This document shows positions 63,623 to 64,000 of a stretch of DNA of 64,000 bases, in pieces. A program made the translations under genes and the position numbers. Origin of the DNA: Glycera tridactyla (Eukaryota); the NCBI GenBank assembly GCA_965644265.1, contig OZ286464.1, positions 88,536,001 to 88,600,000 on the forward strand, read 5' to 3'. Position 1 is the stretch's first letter. Each line of letters opens with the position of its first letter. Below the pieces are notes generated by a model that did no database searches, had not been told where the DNA came from, and was given only the letters and a program-made list of their open reading frames with translations.

Positions 63623-63760
63623 AGCAAGACTATATGACCGTGAAGTAAAAATGCAATACCAAACAAGGTGTGAATTTTGAACCTTCGGCCTCGTGACATC
63701 TGGAGAAATTCACACCAAGTTTGGTATTGCATTTTTACCTCACGGTCATATAGTCTTGCT
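63623..63760. repeat. ~55-bp near-perfect inverted repeat (fold-back mini-element) with 28-nt spacer
   Basis: The arm AGCAAGACTATATGACCGTGAAGTAAAAATGCAATACCAAAC..GGTGTGAATTT and its complement end at 63760. Confidence 0.9.
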
Positions 63761-64000
63761 TTTATCACATGGATTAGGGGAGAAATCATCAAAAAGTAGT
63801 CCTCATCCAGCTGTTAAGTAACACACGCAATACGCAACACCTGATACTTCACTGAAAATGGCACATCCATGTGATAAGTATAGTTACCGTAGTCATGTTT
63901 CTATAATCAATGACTGATTGAACCAAACCAACTGAGAATTGGTCACTTGTGGTATACATTGCCAACAAGCAACCTAATGAAAGAACTTTGATAGGTTCCA

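Noticed and set aside
62259-64000. Search for the next upstream SAMHD1 exon (human DCHHLG...ICARDK equivalent)
   Set aside because: No matching translation or donor found. It probably lies beyond the window.

Overview
Repeat-rich animal genomic DNA, most likely from a marine invertebrate bilaterian. That inference rests on GT-AG introns, tRNA-derived and Deu/Nin-like SINEs, Penelope elements, L2/CR1-group LINEs and TA- or 8-bp-TSD MITEs. There are five assembly gaps. The only protein-coding gene I can support is the 3' half of a SAMHD1 (dNTP triphosphohydrolase) orthologue on the minus strand. It has seven coding exons from 62258 down to the stop at 52264, and the 5' exons lie beyond the window. 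The middle of the window holds a ~12-kb hierarchical tandem array (27.4-39.2 kb) interrupted by retroelement insertions. The most striking observations are: (1) a 5'-truncated L2-like LINE with an uninterrupted RT frame lies in sense orientation in a SAMHD1 intron, directly behind an acceptor-like site that would splice it in frame to the upstream SAMHD1 exon; (2) twelve oriented 14-bp dyads (RTAAC-N4-GTTAY) are clustered in 1.5 kb of otherwise unique DNA; (3) the tandem array itself; (4) an SQ motif replaces the CDK site at the position equivalent to human SAMHD1 T592. Human residue numbers and exon sizes are quoted from memory and should be verified. No rRNA, intact tRNA or CRISPR array is supported.
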